Positions 39,401 through 51,822 of a stretch of 64,000 nucleotides of DNA are shown piece by piece. Made by a program: the position numbers and the translations under genes. The stretch's first letter is position 1. Every line of letters starts with the position of its first letter. The notes under the pieces were generated by a model. The model saw only the letters and a program-made list of their open reading frames with translations. It was not told where the DNA came from and made no database searches. The stretch is from Octopus sinensis (Eukaryota), in contig NC_042997.1 of assembly GCF_006345805.1 (NCBI RefSeq), forward strand, positions 100,440,001 through 100,504,000, read 5' to 3'.

Positions 39401-42400
39401 TGTTTCTATCTAAGGCATCACCTTGTAGCAGCTAACTATAATACTACTACACCAGTCATTGGGGATGGTGCCCTCCTGAATAACTTGACTAACTGTATGG
39501 GTGACTAAGCTGTATCCTACATCACTGGAGATTTTAATCATCTCAGCAGTGATTCCTGATGACCCAGAGGCTTTCCTTGTCTTCATATCCTTAATTGCTT
39601 TATTATGCTGCTATCAACTCTTATGGCTCGTCCCTCAATTGGTTCGATATTTGGTAGACTCTCCTTCTCCCATTCATTTTCTACATTTAGTAACCTTTCA
39701 TAGTGACACTTCCATGCATCTTTCTTCTCTGAGTCACTAAGTGCAAGCATACCATTATCCATTTGCACACATTTCTATTCTCATATATATATAATGGACT
39801 CTCCCATCGTTAGATGACATATGAGGGTTCAACAGCTTCTTACCAAACAACCACACAAATGATTTGTTTATTGTGATCAAATGTTTGTGTAGACATAAGC
39901 TCACTCTCTCCATCAGATTGATATTACCAGCACCGCTTGCCATGCTATATTATATATATATATGTGCAAGAGAGTCTACTACGCTGGTATGGTCATGTGG
40001 CAAGGAAGAATGAGGGTAGCTGTGTGCCAGTAAGGCAACTTAATATAGAATGATTTTCGTCATTTCTTTCTCTTTTACCTGCGTGGTTTGTTCTTGAGTG
40101 CTTTGGTTCTACTAGGATCTCCCTTTAAAGTAGAAGGAATAGCCAAAACTTTTTGACTGCTATTTCTAAATTCGGTGTGTGGTGAGGCAGATCGTTGCTG
40201 AACCCTAATTATTTAGTATATATATATATATATATATTATATTAAATCTCTTATGATAAAAGGCAGATTCTCTCTGCCTGTTCCCATGTTTCTTTTTAAT
40301 ACAATTCTACAATATAGAATTTCTTCAATTGGAATTTACCTATGATTTTTCCAAGTAGATTCAATTGGGTCATGGCATGTAAAGTTTTTTCAATTTGACT
40401 CCCAATTAAGCAAAAATTCGAGAAAACTCTATATTTTACGATTTCCCTCTCTCATTTCAAGTGGTTTACTCCTGCTATTACCACCACACTTTCTCCTACT
40501 TTCTCTTTGCAAGTGTGAAACTATTAAAGTGAAAGTATTATATAACAGGGATGAGCCATTAATAGTGGTCATCCTTTTTGCTAGAGGAAGATCCGCTATG
40601 GTCTTATACGCTACACCACTGGTTTTCAATTCATATTAATCAAATTAATATTCAATTTTTCACCCTTATTATGTGTGTGTATTAGCAATTCGTATAAAAT
40701 TGCATCAATGACTTGAACTTGAATAAGTGGTTTCACATAAATGGGGATAAATTAAAAAGGTTTCTTGTTATTATTATTACTGTTTGACTATTGTAATCAC
40801 GTTTGTTGGTTCCTCGTCAGGGAAACGTTGTTGTGTTGCATTTGTTAAATAATTGTAAACCGTAACCCTCCCCCTTTCGGAGAAGGGGCTTTCGTTATTG
40901 TTTAAAAATTGAATTGTGTCCCTGTTTGGGGAAATTGACAATATTTTCACCGTCTTTACGGAAGCATTTTTGTTAAAATGCCTTCGATAGAAGAAAGTCC
41001 AAAATGAATTTCGCTGCAGCCGTACACTTCTATACAAGAGGGAGGACAAGATCCAATTGATCGAAATTGCAAGAGACGGGCCTACAATTCCAGTCTGTTA
41101 TATATTTTGAGTATTGTTATCACTAGCGATATCAAGATATAACTTTGTATTTTGTGTGTAGATGTATATATATATATAGATGTACCTGTAATATGTACAC
41201 ATATATATACACATATATACATGCATAATATATCTACCCATACACACATACGCACACACACACACACATACATAGGGGCAGGTGTGGCTGTGTGGTAACA
41301 AAGTATGTTCCAAACACATGGTCCTGGGTTCAGTCCCACTGTGTGGTGACTTGGCATGTGTCTTCTGCTGTAGCTTCAGACCAACAAAAGCCTTCTCAGT
41401 GGATTTTGTACATATATACAGGCATACATACATATATATACATGCATATGTACATATTCGGCATAAACACTCTACCACTACAACTAATAACTGTTGGGAA
41501 CACTTTGCCTACATAGGGCATCCATTCTCTTTTAACACAGCATGAAGTCTTGTAACAGCACATCTGCTGCCGTTCGTGGAAAACGAAGAGACCCTATTCA
41601 CCTGCGAACGTTTTACACCGCCTTCCACGACTATCAAATTCTTACAATTATGAGAACAATAACATGGCTCTTTTCAAGGCAACCTCGCATTCAATTCTTA
41701 CACCATTCTACGAGGGGGTAGGAACCCCTTTACACGGCTTTCTATACACTTACAAATACATTCATTCGCCATAAACTTATATCAATATTTGCCTGAATAA
41801 TCATCATAATTCAGTGCAATCATTAACAGTACTTTCAAGCAATTCAGCCCCGAGCATTGCCGGGCAATTCGTCTAGTTAGAGATAAAACCACTACTAGGC
41901 AAATCAAATAGTGAAAATCATAAGCCAATACCTAGAAATAAATTTAATTAAAAAATATATAAAAAATATAAAATATAAAATATAAAAATCCAATTAAAAT
42001 ATTTAAATTAAAGTTAAAAATTAAAAAAATTGTTTAAATTAATAATTTAAACTTATAAATTATAAATATATATATATATTTTTATTATTATTTTATTTAA
42101 TTATTTATTTTTTTAATAAATATTTTTATATTTATTTATTTATTTTTTTATAAATATTTTTATATTTATTTATTTATTTTTTTATAAACTATCAAAAAGT
42201 ATTAAAACTTTAATAAGATAAAGAGTATTTGCCTAGTAGTGGTTTTATCTCTAATTTAATATAATATATATATATACTATAAAATTAGATTTAATCCTAA
42301 ATCTAATTTTTCCCTGTAAGTTTGGATTTACTCCTTAATATTATTATTATATATATATATATATTTATGTTATATATATTATACATATACAATTATGTTT

Positions 42401-42546
42401 TATTATATTTCATTCATTTCTAATGTATAAATTTCAAGTGATTCACATAATATTTTCAATTTCTTTCAGGGATGGCCGGAACTATATACTTTTTAGTTGA
42501 TATGATGGACCCTTCGAAAGCAAAATTCCCAGCTTTTGAACTATAA
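27403..42546 (+). CDS. LANCL2: LanC-like protein gene (LANCL1/2 type), complete, 9 exons, 400 aa
   Basis: Exons 27403-27477, 31429-31546, 33765-33981, 34552-34693, 34783-34923, 35226-35408, 37383-37559, 38310-38382 and 42470-42546 total 1203 nt, are in frame, and are all GT-AG. Motifs: [69 protein letters not shown]. These include the His/Cys zinc-site motifs of LanC-like proteins. LANCL1 versus LANCL2 cannot be resolved here. Confidence 0.95.
29750..29950 (+). mobile_element. 3' end of a restriction-like-endonuclease LINE (R4/Dong-like)
   Basis: VIIGALGILSKDVDKWSKEVRIVCPVELLQKACLLGTGKLIRRVLST* matches the recalled C-terminal IGALG...LQKAxLLGT motif. Confidence 0.6.
30523..30932. mobile_element. 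410-bp MITE with about 28-bp TIRs and an 8-bp TSD
   Basis: GGATCTTTTCGGTTTGAATGGTAGTTTT...AAAACTGCCATTCAAACCGAAAAGATCC, flanked by TAACGTGT / TAATGTGT. Confidence 0.8.
31429..31546 (+). CDS. LANCL2: LANCL exon 2
   Basis: ttttcag|ATT GCT...GTT ACT G|gtcagt; ends DFTVYTGVTG. Confidence 0.9.
33765..33981 (+). CDS. LANCL2: LANCL exon 3
   Basis: attacag|GA ATA GCT...CGC AA|gttagt; contains FTFLCGDAGPLAIGAV. Confidence 0.93.
34552..34693 (+). CDS. LANCL2: LANCL exon 4
   Basis: cttatag|G TTG...CTG CAG|gtaaga; contains [12 protein letters not shown]. Confidence 0.93.
34783..34923 (+). CDS. LANCL2: LANCL exon 5
   Basis: tttatag|GTT TGC...ATG CAG|gtatgt; contains [20 protein letters not shown]. Confidence 0.94.
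35156..35264. repeat. 53-bp tandem duplication spanning the LANCL exon 6 acceptor
   Basis: ttttttaattgtagattggtgacccttcattaaattctcaactggaacaattt twice; AG at 35171-35172 and 35224-35225. Confidence 0.9.
35226..35408 (+). CDS. LANCL2: LANCL exon 6
   Basis: aattgtag|ATT GGT...TAT AAG|gtaaaa; contains FPSGNCPSS and [10 protein letters not shown]. The acceptor is tandemly duplicated (see findings). Confidence 0.92.
35674..35862 (+). mobile_element. Short RTE 3' end with a duplicated inverted 5' part (hairpin)
   Basis: 35674-35717 and 35742-35785 form a perfect 44-bp inverted repeat; the element ends in a gatgatgatg tail. Confidence 0.8.
37383..37559 (+). CDS. LANCL2: LANCL exon 7
   Basis: gttctag|AAA TTT...TGC AAG|gtaagt; contains [24 protein letters not shown]. 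Confidence 0.94.
38310..38382 (+). CDS. LANCL2: LANCL exon 8
   Basis: ttgttag|TTT GCA GAA TGG...GAA G|gtaatt; FAEWCFDYGRHGCRIADRPFSLFE. Confidence 0.93.
39150..39950 (-). mobile_element. RTE-clade LINE RT fragment, degenerate
   Basis: KKDAWKCHYERLLNVENEWEKE; LDQVMKVTERVIAQLIRNRIKLDEMQFGVVPGKSATDAIFLVRQLQEKYLA. Confidence 0.85.
40247..41876 (+). mobile_element. Non-autonomous Helitron, about 1.63 kb, with an internal SINE
   Basis: 5' TCTCTTATGATAAAAG, 3' hairpin CCCGAGCATTGCCGGG then CAATTCGTCTAG, A|T insertion. Removing it restores the left arm of an inverted repeat. Confidence 0.8.
41877..42278. mobile_element. AT-rich foldback/MITE with long terminal inverted repeats; left arm split by the Helitron
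   Basis: 41877-41904 and 42227-42254 are a perfect 28-bp inverted repeat. The rest of the left arm is at 40215-40246 and pairs with 42255-42278. The interior is A-rich then T-rich. Confidence 0.75.
42470..42546 (+). CDS. LANCL2: LANCL exon 9 (terminal)
   Basis: tctttcag|GG ATG GCC...GAA CTA TAA; MAGTIYFLVDMMDPSKAKFPAFEL*. Confidence 0.93.
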
Positions 42547-45500
42547 AGTGTATTTGCTCTCAGCAATCTTGCCAATGTTTTTTTTTTAATATACATATTT
42601 AAATTAATATTTTGGTGGGATTAATTTTAAGAATATTTGTGTTAACTTCCTAGTTAGTTAAAGCTATATTTCTTGAAGAGTTCACCACCTTAATTGCTAT
42701 GGTACTGTACTCCTGCTTCCCAGGGTGTTAGCTTGTATCTAACTGCAGAAGTTGTGTTGTTTTTGTGCAAGGTACTCACCAGTACTTGCTTAAGGTTCCT
42801 TAACTAAGTACTTAACAAGAATTGATACATCTTTTGAAAGTGTTCAACAGAAATATTTCCTAAATGATATTGTTTTTATTTCACATGTATTGCTTGTGTT
42901 TGAAAAAGAGCTGAACATTTCTTATATTTCTTATCCTTAAAATTTCTAGCTTTGTGTCTAAATGAAAGAGCCTGGAGAGGTTTATCAGGAACCACACCTT
43001 TTATCCTATCACTCTATATTATATAGCAGTGTCCTTCAGAAGCCATGTAAGTGTGCTACATGGTGGACTTTTTTTTTCTCATTCCTTATACATAAATATT
43101 CATAATTTTTATGTAAGATTTTAAAGTGAATAATTGCTTATTTTCAACTGATATTCAGAATTACTTATAGACATATGTTTGCACTAAGTTGTGTTGAATC
43201 TCAATTCATAATGTAAAAGCATTTTGAAAATGTGTACACATATTCATATATATATTTAACTATAATTTAGTGATGCTTTGAAATAACGAAGTATTTCTAA
43301 AAATTAACCCATTCTGATATTAAATATAAAAAGTCTGAAATTGGTATGCTGTTTTAATTGTACATTAATAACTGTATCTAGTTAATGGTTCCCAATTATA
43401 GAAATTATAAATATTTTTAGGAATGATCATTTTTCTGTTATTTACATTTCTCCAGAAAACAGCTGTCAATATTCACAAAATCTTTGAATTGTATCAATTC
43501 TGTTTTGAAAAGAAATCCCTAAACTTCAGTTCAGTATTTAATTTTTATTATGATTGTTTTTAATATCTTTTTAATAAAATTATTATACAGGAAACAAATA
43601 TTTTTTTTATTTATATCACCATCAGCTTTCATATGCTGCAGTTGACTCCATAAAATTGCAATGCTTTCCTCCCAGTAATTTTTATTTAAGGGCAGTTCCC
43701 TCAAATCCTTTTTACAATTTCAAGTTTTCTTCAAAAATATGCAGTTTTCTTTGTTCCATTTTTATACCATCATCGTTTTCTGCTCTCAATGAGCCAGTTG
43801 ATTAAAGTAACTCACTACCCACCATCCTACCAACTTTCCAGCAGTCTGTGATATTTCTCAAAGCTATGTCAATTCTTTGTTGATTACTCTTGGCGGTAAA
43901 AGTGCTTCATTTATTACTTCTCCAAGATAGCTAAGCAGGTAACTGATACTATTTCTTTGGTTTGTCTCTCCACATCTCCTACACTATCAGAGTATACAAA
44001 CTCCAAGTAGTTGAAATGCAGCTGTTCATGGGAGGAAAAGTGTCTACAAAATATTATCACCATTAACTGCAAAGCATTCACCAACCTCTGCAAAATAACT
44101 CAGGAAAACAGAGCATGCCTACATACATTGCATAACCTGTATGCTTTCCTTCTTGAATTGTAACATGTCCAATAGATTCTCTGCTAATTTTTGTGACTCT
44201 TCCTACCTGCTGATTTTAAATCCAGATGGTTCTGCAAATAGCATTCCTAGAGTCAAAGCTACCAAATTGGCTGCTCATTTAGCCTTCAGCTCCACACTAC
44301 ATATATTTAATAAACTCTGCCCCAAATTTCACTAATTTCATTCGAGCTGAATTCATCCCTAAGTGCAATCTTCTTTAATGATTAAGAATGTGATGAAGTC
44401 ACAGTTCCTGTTGGTGTTCCTGCTAGCTCCTACCTTTATTACTCTCTTTGTTCTTTTTATACCCAATGTATGAAAGCCATATATTCCATATTGTGTAAAA
44501 AATTGCTTTTTGTGGACACCACAAAAAAAGAAATCTCTCTTGCCCTGCCAATTACTGATTTTTTGCCCTTACTTCCAACATTGTAAACATAATGGGGACA
44601 ACCACAAAACTTTGTCTATCTTCTGTCTTTCCTTAGATATATCAAGTGACCTTGTTTCCTCTACATCATTAAAATCAGTATTAATTCCCTTGACAAAAAG
44701 GTGGCAACTGGCAGAATTGTTAGCATACTGGGCTAAATGCTTAATGGCATTTCATCTATCATTATGTTCTTAGTTCAAATTCCATTGACTTTGCCTTTCA
44801 TCCTTTTGGGGTTGATAAAATAAGTATGAGTCGAATTCTGGGGTCAGTGTAAGTGACTTGCCCCTCCCCTGAAATTGCTGGCATTGTGCCAAAATTGGAA
44901 ACCAATATTTTACAGTAAGTCTCTCTCTCTCTCCCACATTTTACCAAGTTTGGTGTGATTCCTGGTTTTGTTAAGTATCTCTTATATGCTTTCTTTAGCA
45001 ATTTATCGATCTTCTTACTGATACTTCTAACATTTGCAGATGGTGTTTCACTTTTCATCTTCTGCACAACACAGAAAAAATATCCTCCAAAGTATTCATG
45101 ACAACCTAGTCTACTTCAACACAATCTTTACACATGTCAAAGAATTAATCTTGCAACATGAAGTTTTCCCAACTTGTGAGCAATACAGAGCTAAAACCTA
45201 CAAACATTGCAAATAAGTCTCTGATGATTTTTCATAGTGATCACATATAACATTGCTAGGTTTCTTTTATTAGGACCACAAAATTCCAACAGAGTCTGGT
45301 CTAAAGTATAAATGTGATTTACATTATTCTTCACATATTTGGGATGGCATTGTGACAGCACAAACCTCTTAGATTGCATACAAAAAAAAAAAAGCCAGCT
45401 GATTAATTGGTAAAGATTCACTCACTAAAATACTAGACAAGACATTGTTTAACCCTTTAGTATTTAAATCGGCCATATCAGGCTCAAATATTCTGTTTTA

Positions 45501-45967
45501 TATTCAAACTGGTGAGATCTAGTCTCACATACCTGTCCTACAATGTCATTCTAAACACAAGCAGTCATACTAATGAAATTTCAAGGCTACAAGATAACGC
45601 GTGATTAATTGAAAATAATGTGAATAAATAAGCATTGCATTTGACGGAGTTACCTGAATACTAAAGGGTTAATTTATTTCTTCTTAAACTACAATATTCA
45701 ATCCTAAACTGCAAGCTAAAGATCACCTCTGCCTAAGACTTACCAATGCATTTGCTTCTGCTCCATTTCACAAATCAGTACTTAAATACTTATTTTTCGC
45801 TATTCCTTTATGACTAGAGCTCATTTTGAGGTCTCCACTTTGGTTTTACATTTACGATATTAAATGATGATGATCATCATCATTCCAGTGTGTTAGTAGG
45901 ATGGTAAACACCCTTATGGATACACTTGCAGAATATCAACATTTAATGTATTATCACTATCATAGAA

Positions 45968-46367
45968 AACTCTTTTACTCTCTACTCTTTTACTTGTTTC
46001 AGTCATTTGACTGTGGTCATGCTGGAGCACTGCCTTTAGTCGAGCAAATCGACCCCAGGACTTATTCTTTGTAAGCCTAGTACTTATTCTATCGGTCTCT
46101 TTTGCTGAACCGCTAAGTTACGGGGACGTAAACACACCACCATCAGTTGTCAAGCGATGTTGGGGGGGACAAACACAAACACATAAACACACACACATAT
46201 ATATATATGACAAGCTTTCAGTTTCCGTCTACCAAATCCACTCACAAGGCTTTGGTTGGCCCGAGGCTATAGTAGAAGACACTTGCCCAAGGTGCCACAC
46301 AGTGGGAATGAACCCGGAACCATGTGGTTGGTAAGCAAGCTACTTATCACACAGCCACTCCTGCACC
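45968..46367 (-). mobile_element. tRNA-derived SINE, main family
   Basis: Colinear and highly similar to 1993-2375. Confidence 0.85.
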
Positions 46368-49300
46368 TAACATTATTACTGTAATGATTTAAACTTTTCA
46401 TTTGGACAACAGGATAACTTATGCCATCTTGGATATGATCATGTACTTGTCACCCCAAAATGTAGTTCTTTATAATGCACAGCCTTAATTTTTAGTTTTA
46501 AAATTTGTATTACAAATGAATAAATATGATTATCTCATTATCTATATGATTATATTATTGAGTTAATATTTCTTTTTGCTAGGATGTCAAAATCATTGTT
46601 TTATATGAGCTGTAGTTTATGGTTTGCTATTGGAGACAAAGCTTACATATTGTTTAGACTGTCAAGTTTTTCTCAATAGCAAAATACTCAGTTCATTTGA
46701 GTATACTTAATCTTGTTTTACTGAATGTCATTCATATTAAGGTGTAAACCAAATAGAATTTCCTTTCATAGACAAAAAAAACTCGAAAATATTAAGTTAA
46801 AAAATCATTTTATTAATATAATACTATAAAGTTTTTGTAAGTAGGAAAGAAAACATTGGCTTGATAGGGAAATAGTCATGCTCAATAAGCAGAAAAGGAT
46901 TAGTTAGAAATTCTATACAGTGTACCCAGTGTAAAGACTGGACACATGAGGCGTAGTGGAATCATAATAGAAAAGATAGACTTCATATGTATGGGACAAT
47001 AAGTATAAGAGCACATGGGAAATAAAATACTCTCTATCTAATTAGCAGCAGGGATATTTTGAGAATATAGGAGCTACAGTAAGAACAGCTGGAAAAAAGT
47101 TCAAGAAACTCTTAATTATACAGGCTACAAAGGGTTTCTCTTTCAGAGTGAAAAATAGATTGTATCATACTTGAGTATGAATTGCAAATGTTGCATGGGA
47201 GTGAAACACTGGTCCTGAATGTAGAGGACATGCAAAGGCTAGAAAGTACATGAACAAAGGAATGCAGATGAGCCAAGAGAACCATTATGTATAAAATGAA
47301 CCATGTAGTGTGTAAGAGAGATATCTGTGCTGGTATGGGCATATGAAATGTATGGATGATATCAGCTCTGTAGAGGAAAGCAGGGTGCATCAAAGTAGAT
47401 ATAACCTGAAGAGGAGACTCACAAAGAATTGTGAAGACCGATCTCAGGTTGATGTACCTCATAAAAGAGATGACTGATTACAAGCAGCTTTGGGGGAGAT
47501 GTGCCTGCCTGTGCAAGCATGGTGAAATGAATGTTAAAAGTATTTGAGGCTAAATGTTTCCAAATATTTTCTCCTTTTTGCAAAACAATGAAGTACAACA
47601 GACAGTCTCTATTTGTGTCAATTTCAAAATTACACACACACAGATTTTTGTTGTTTTTACAAATGCTTTATTCTATGCTGGCATAGGTTACATGAAACTG
47701 TTGAAATAATACTGTATGGTTGGATTCTCTTCCTGTCACCAACCTTTACTTATTTCCAAATAAGGTACTTATTCTAGTGGTTGTTTGGTCTACTGGATGT
47801 GTTTTTAAAGCATCAGTAAATATTAACATCATCTTAGAAATAACATTGTTTTAGGCTTTAAGTGTGTAAACAATGTTAAAACACAACTAGGTGGATATAA
47901 ACACTTGTACACAAACATATATGATGGACATCCATACATTTTCAGTACAATTTCACACAAGGTTAGCCAGCAATGATAGAAGAGACATGTGTAATATAAA
48001 AGTGGAAATTAGTAAAAATTATTAAAGGAAGTATAGAAATTAAAATTTTATTTTCTTTCATTACACTTTTTCATTTTTAGAAAAAATTTCAAAAGGATTT
48101 TGAAAAATGTATTCAACACACACACATATATGTATATGAATAGAAAAAAATTATAGAATTACAAATATATTTTTAAATCTTATCTATAAGTGAAAAATAT
48201 TTGTTAAAAGGTAGATTCATATTTTACTTGTAATTATATTCAGAGTAAATCCTCAGTTATAAACTGAGTCTAGATTGTAATTTTTTGAAACTTGATACCA
48301 TATTAATGAGAGTAAAAAAAAGGATGTATTTTTAAGAATTAGGAATTCAGAGATAAGCAATCTATGTGGATTTTACATCAAATTTTTACTCATTACATTC
48401 TTAAGCCTGAATTCATGTTTGTAAAACCATGAAATGGAACCTTTAGATCATTTAATGTGCTAGATATAGCAGCCAAATCTCCTTCAAACTACATCCCCTC
48501 ACTTCATAAAAGAAATACACACATTGGATGATGCAATCCTACATAAATACTCAAATAAAAAATGAGACTCATGAATAGAACACCATTGACTGAAAGGATA
48601 CTGAAATCAAGATTGTTTAGTTATCAACATGGACTCTTCCAAAAAGTTGCAGTCTTAACACCAAAATTGTTCTCAGTGAAGTTAAATGTTTTGAATAAAT
48701 AGCTTTTTAATATCCTTTATCGGCAATCCTTCGATTTGTACTCATATCGAATGAACGCCCCTTTATCTATAAAGTACTTAATATGACTAAATATTTTACA
48801 CTGGTATACTTTTTTTTATCAATGTATAAAGAAAAGTCAGATCTGAAGGATTTAAAGACGCATAAAACAACAATACCTAACCTTACTATTTTCTCTAACA
48901 TTATTGCCTTTCCCTTAATATTTTAATAAGGATTTTTGTTTTAAATATCAACTTAGATATTCACAATTGAAATATCTATGTTAGTTAACTGAAAATATCA
49001 AAAAATATTAACAAAAATTCAACAATGTTTTCACTGTTCTATAAAGGTTAAATCCTAAAATTGGAATAGTAAATTGGAAACATGTTGGAATATACCAGAT
49101 TCAGACAGTGAAATATCAAGCAACAATGTAAAACAGAACCATGAAGGATATATAAATATACTAACTGACACTGTGCTGTCAAAAATGACGGCTAATTGTA
49201 GTATATTATTTATAAATAAGGTACACAATAATCACAGATACAAACATTCACATACTTCCCTTGTACATGCATGCACACACACACAGAGTTAAAATTTGAT

Positions 49301-49399
49301 TTTTCTTTTCAGTGCTGAATGTTCACCTTCCCATTTCCATTACACACACAAACATTCACATACCTCCCTTTTACATACACACACAGTTGAAATGCTGAT

Positions 49400-50216
49400 T
49401 TTTTTCACCTCTTCCTTCGATATTCATCTATCACCCCATCTCTTCCCATTCATATGTTGTGATGGAGAAAAATAGAAGATATAGGATGTGCTCTTTGCCA
49501 CATCCTTTCTCTCACTTGGCCAACACCTCTTTTACCTCCGCAGGAGTAATCAGTCCTTCACAGCATTCCACCTCCCGTGCTGAGTTGTGGCCCACCGGCT
49601 CGGAAGTCCTCTGAGGGTCCCCACGCTCAAGTGCATCACTCTTCTCAAACAATCGGGCGAAATGCTGGTGAAAGGCCTTTTGCATCATTTCCTGTCCATA
49701 GATCTTGCGCCCCTGCTCGTCAGTTTAAAACTTTATAGAGGCTTTTTTGCCCCTCTGACTCTCCACACAACTTTCCCATCTGGCAATGTTAACACCTTCT
49801 TGACACACTGCACATAGCTTAGCTCTAACTCTGCTGCCTTTGTGTTTGGCTTTAGGGTGATGGTACAAGGCCGTTCTCGCCACCTGCACTCTAGAAGCAG
49901 AGCCAGAGTCCATAGCCACATCTAAATTCTTAACTAATTCCCCTTCTATTCTAGATCTATCTAAACTTAGCTGATTGCTAAATCTGATAGACTCTAAATG
50001 AATGACTCTCTTGGGGCGTGCCACCATCTATTATTAATGATGGTGCCACATAGTACCCTTTGTACTAACACCTTAATCCGGGTATGGAAGGCTTCACAAG
50101 TCAAAATAGACTTGTTCATCTTCCAGTACCCGGGTCCCTCTCTATGACATTTATCTATATGTACCTCGCATGTCACAAATTTGTGATCCGTGTAAGGTAC
50201 AATATTGTCCAGTGTC
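49400..50216 (-). mobile_element. Inverted 5' segment of a Tx1/L1-clade LINE (endonuclease end, linker, RT start)
   Basis: Minus strand YTDHKFV...GPGYWKMNKSIL...CEGLITPAEVKEVLAK. Left boundary is approximate. Confidence 0.8.
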
Positions 50217-50220
50217 CGAC

Positions 50221-51620
50221 GACACTGGACAGATGGTCCTGTTAAGTTGCTTGGCGTTTGGTTTGGTTCAGACTCCAAGACAGAGAAGAATTGGAGCAAC
50301 GTATTGGACAAGGTGGAGGCCATAGTACGGAAGTGGTCCAGGTTTCTGTCCTTGAAGGGTAGAGCAGAAGTAGTGCAGGTATTTATAGCATCTGTAATCA
50401 CCTATTGCCTCTCTGTTGTGCCTTGCCCCAATTCTTGGCTAATCAAGCTGGAACGACTCATATTCCGTTTTTAGTGGAGAGGGGGAAAACCACTTGTGAA
50501 GCACTCCGTGTGCTGCCAGGAACCGCTAAAGGGTGGTCTGGGGATGCCCTGGCTAATGATGCACAGACATGCATTGAGGCTGAGTGCCACCTGGAGGGTG
50601 ATAAGGTGTGGAGTCCGTTGGTGGAGGAGTTTTTGCCAGACCGGCCTCGCTGGAAAGATTTAAACCCTGTCTCATTAAAAGACGTAATCTGACTGTACAG
50701 CAGGAGTGTCGTCAAGCACTCTGGCTAATCCACAAGACGGGCAAAGCTGGCTGCGGGAATACCACCTCGATATTCTATAGAGGGCTTGTAGAGGGAAAAA
50801 ACAATGACGTCCTAGGAAGGGTTCGATGAGAACCAGCTTACCAACCTGTTCCAAAAATCCTTCAAGCTGGGGTACTTGGATAATTTCCAAAAATCCCTGG
50901 CTTGGCAGTGTTACAGGAATGCTTTACCTGTTCGCAATAAGTTATCTAGGCATGGTATGGCAGTGCCACCAACATGTCCAAGATGCAGGCAGGACAGTGA
51001 AACTGTGCAGCACACTTTTGTTCATTGTCTGCAGCTTTCCAGCTTGATAATTTATGTTGAACACGTGTTGTTGCATCTAGGACGAGTACAGCTATCAGCT
51101 GGATCTATAATATAGATGATACCACCAACTGGACTCTCGAAGGAAGGTGAGGCTTGTTTTCTCTGTACAGTAGCAGTGTTGAAAGAGTGTATATGGAGAA
51201 CAAGAATGGAAGGTTTTGTGACAGGGTCCTATATATCCGTCCCCGGTTTGCTGGTTTACTTCAGATACCATCTGAAGAACAAGATAGAGATGGAAAAGAG
51301 GACCCTGTCAGTTAGAGTATATGAACAAAGATGGAAGGAAGTGTTGAAAAAGGTGGGTGCAAGTTACCCAAATTAAACAAGGAAATGAAAAGTGATCTGC
51401 TGGGCCTTACAGGCTGTTGGATCAAGAAATCAATTTTCTTGTGTTTGTAAAAGAAAAAAAACAGTTTCGGTTTTAAGTTATCGTTTATTTTTAATTATTT
51501 TAATTGAATATATTCATTAATTGAAATTGTATATAAAAAACACGATCTCATTCATTTTTTGTAATTGTTTGTCCTATGCTGTCCCCATCTCTATGTGTTG
51601 ATCCGTAGTGATCATAATAA
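50221..51620 (+). mobile_element. Tx1/L1-clade LINE 3' part (late RT, zf-RVT, 3' UTR), degenerate
   Basis: WTDGPVKLLGVWFG...LSLKGRAEVVQVFIASVITY...KGGLGMP; WQCYRNALPVR...CPRCRQDSETVQHTFVHC. Several stops/frameshifts; 3' UTR ends near aataaa at about 51616-51621. Confidence 0.85.
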
Positions 51621-51822
51621 AGATTTTAGCTAGCAAGCCACGCAGTTAGTTACTTTGGTGTTGAATCATTTGATTCCCTGTTGTAATTTACTGTTAGTCG
51701 CTTCGTGTAAGTCGCTTGTTGTTTAATTGTTGAATTATTGAATTGTTGAATTATTTTTAGTTACCTGTTATTTTTTGTTGTTTTCTTCCCCATTTATAGG
51801 TGAAGTTGTTGCTAACAAAGTT

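Noticed and set aside
27403-42546. Lanthipeptide biosynthetic cluster or bacterial transfer
   Set aside because: This is an intron-rich standard animal LanC-like gene; no LanB or precursor peptide is nearby.
801-42546. U12-type introns in CAPN7 or LANCL
   Set aside because: None of the donors has the GTATCCT/ATATCCT consensus.
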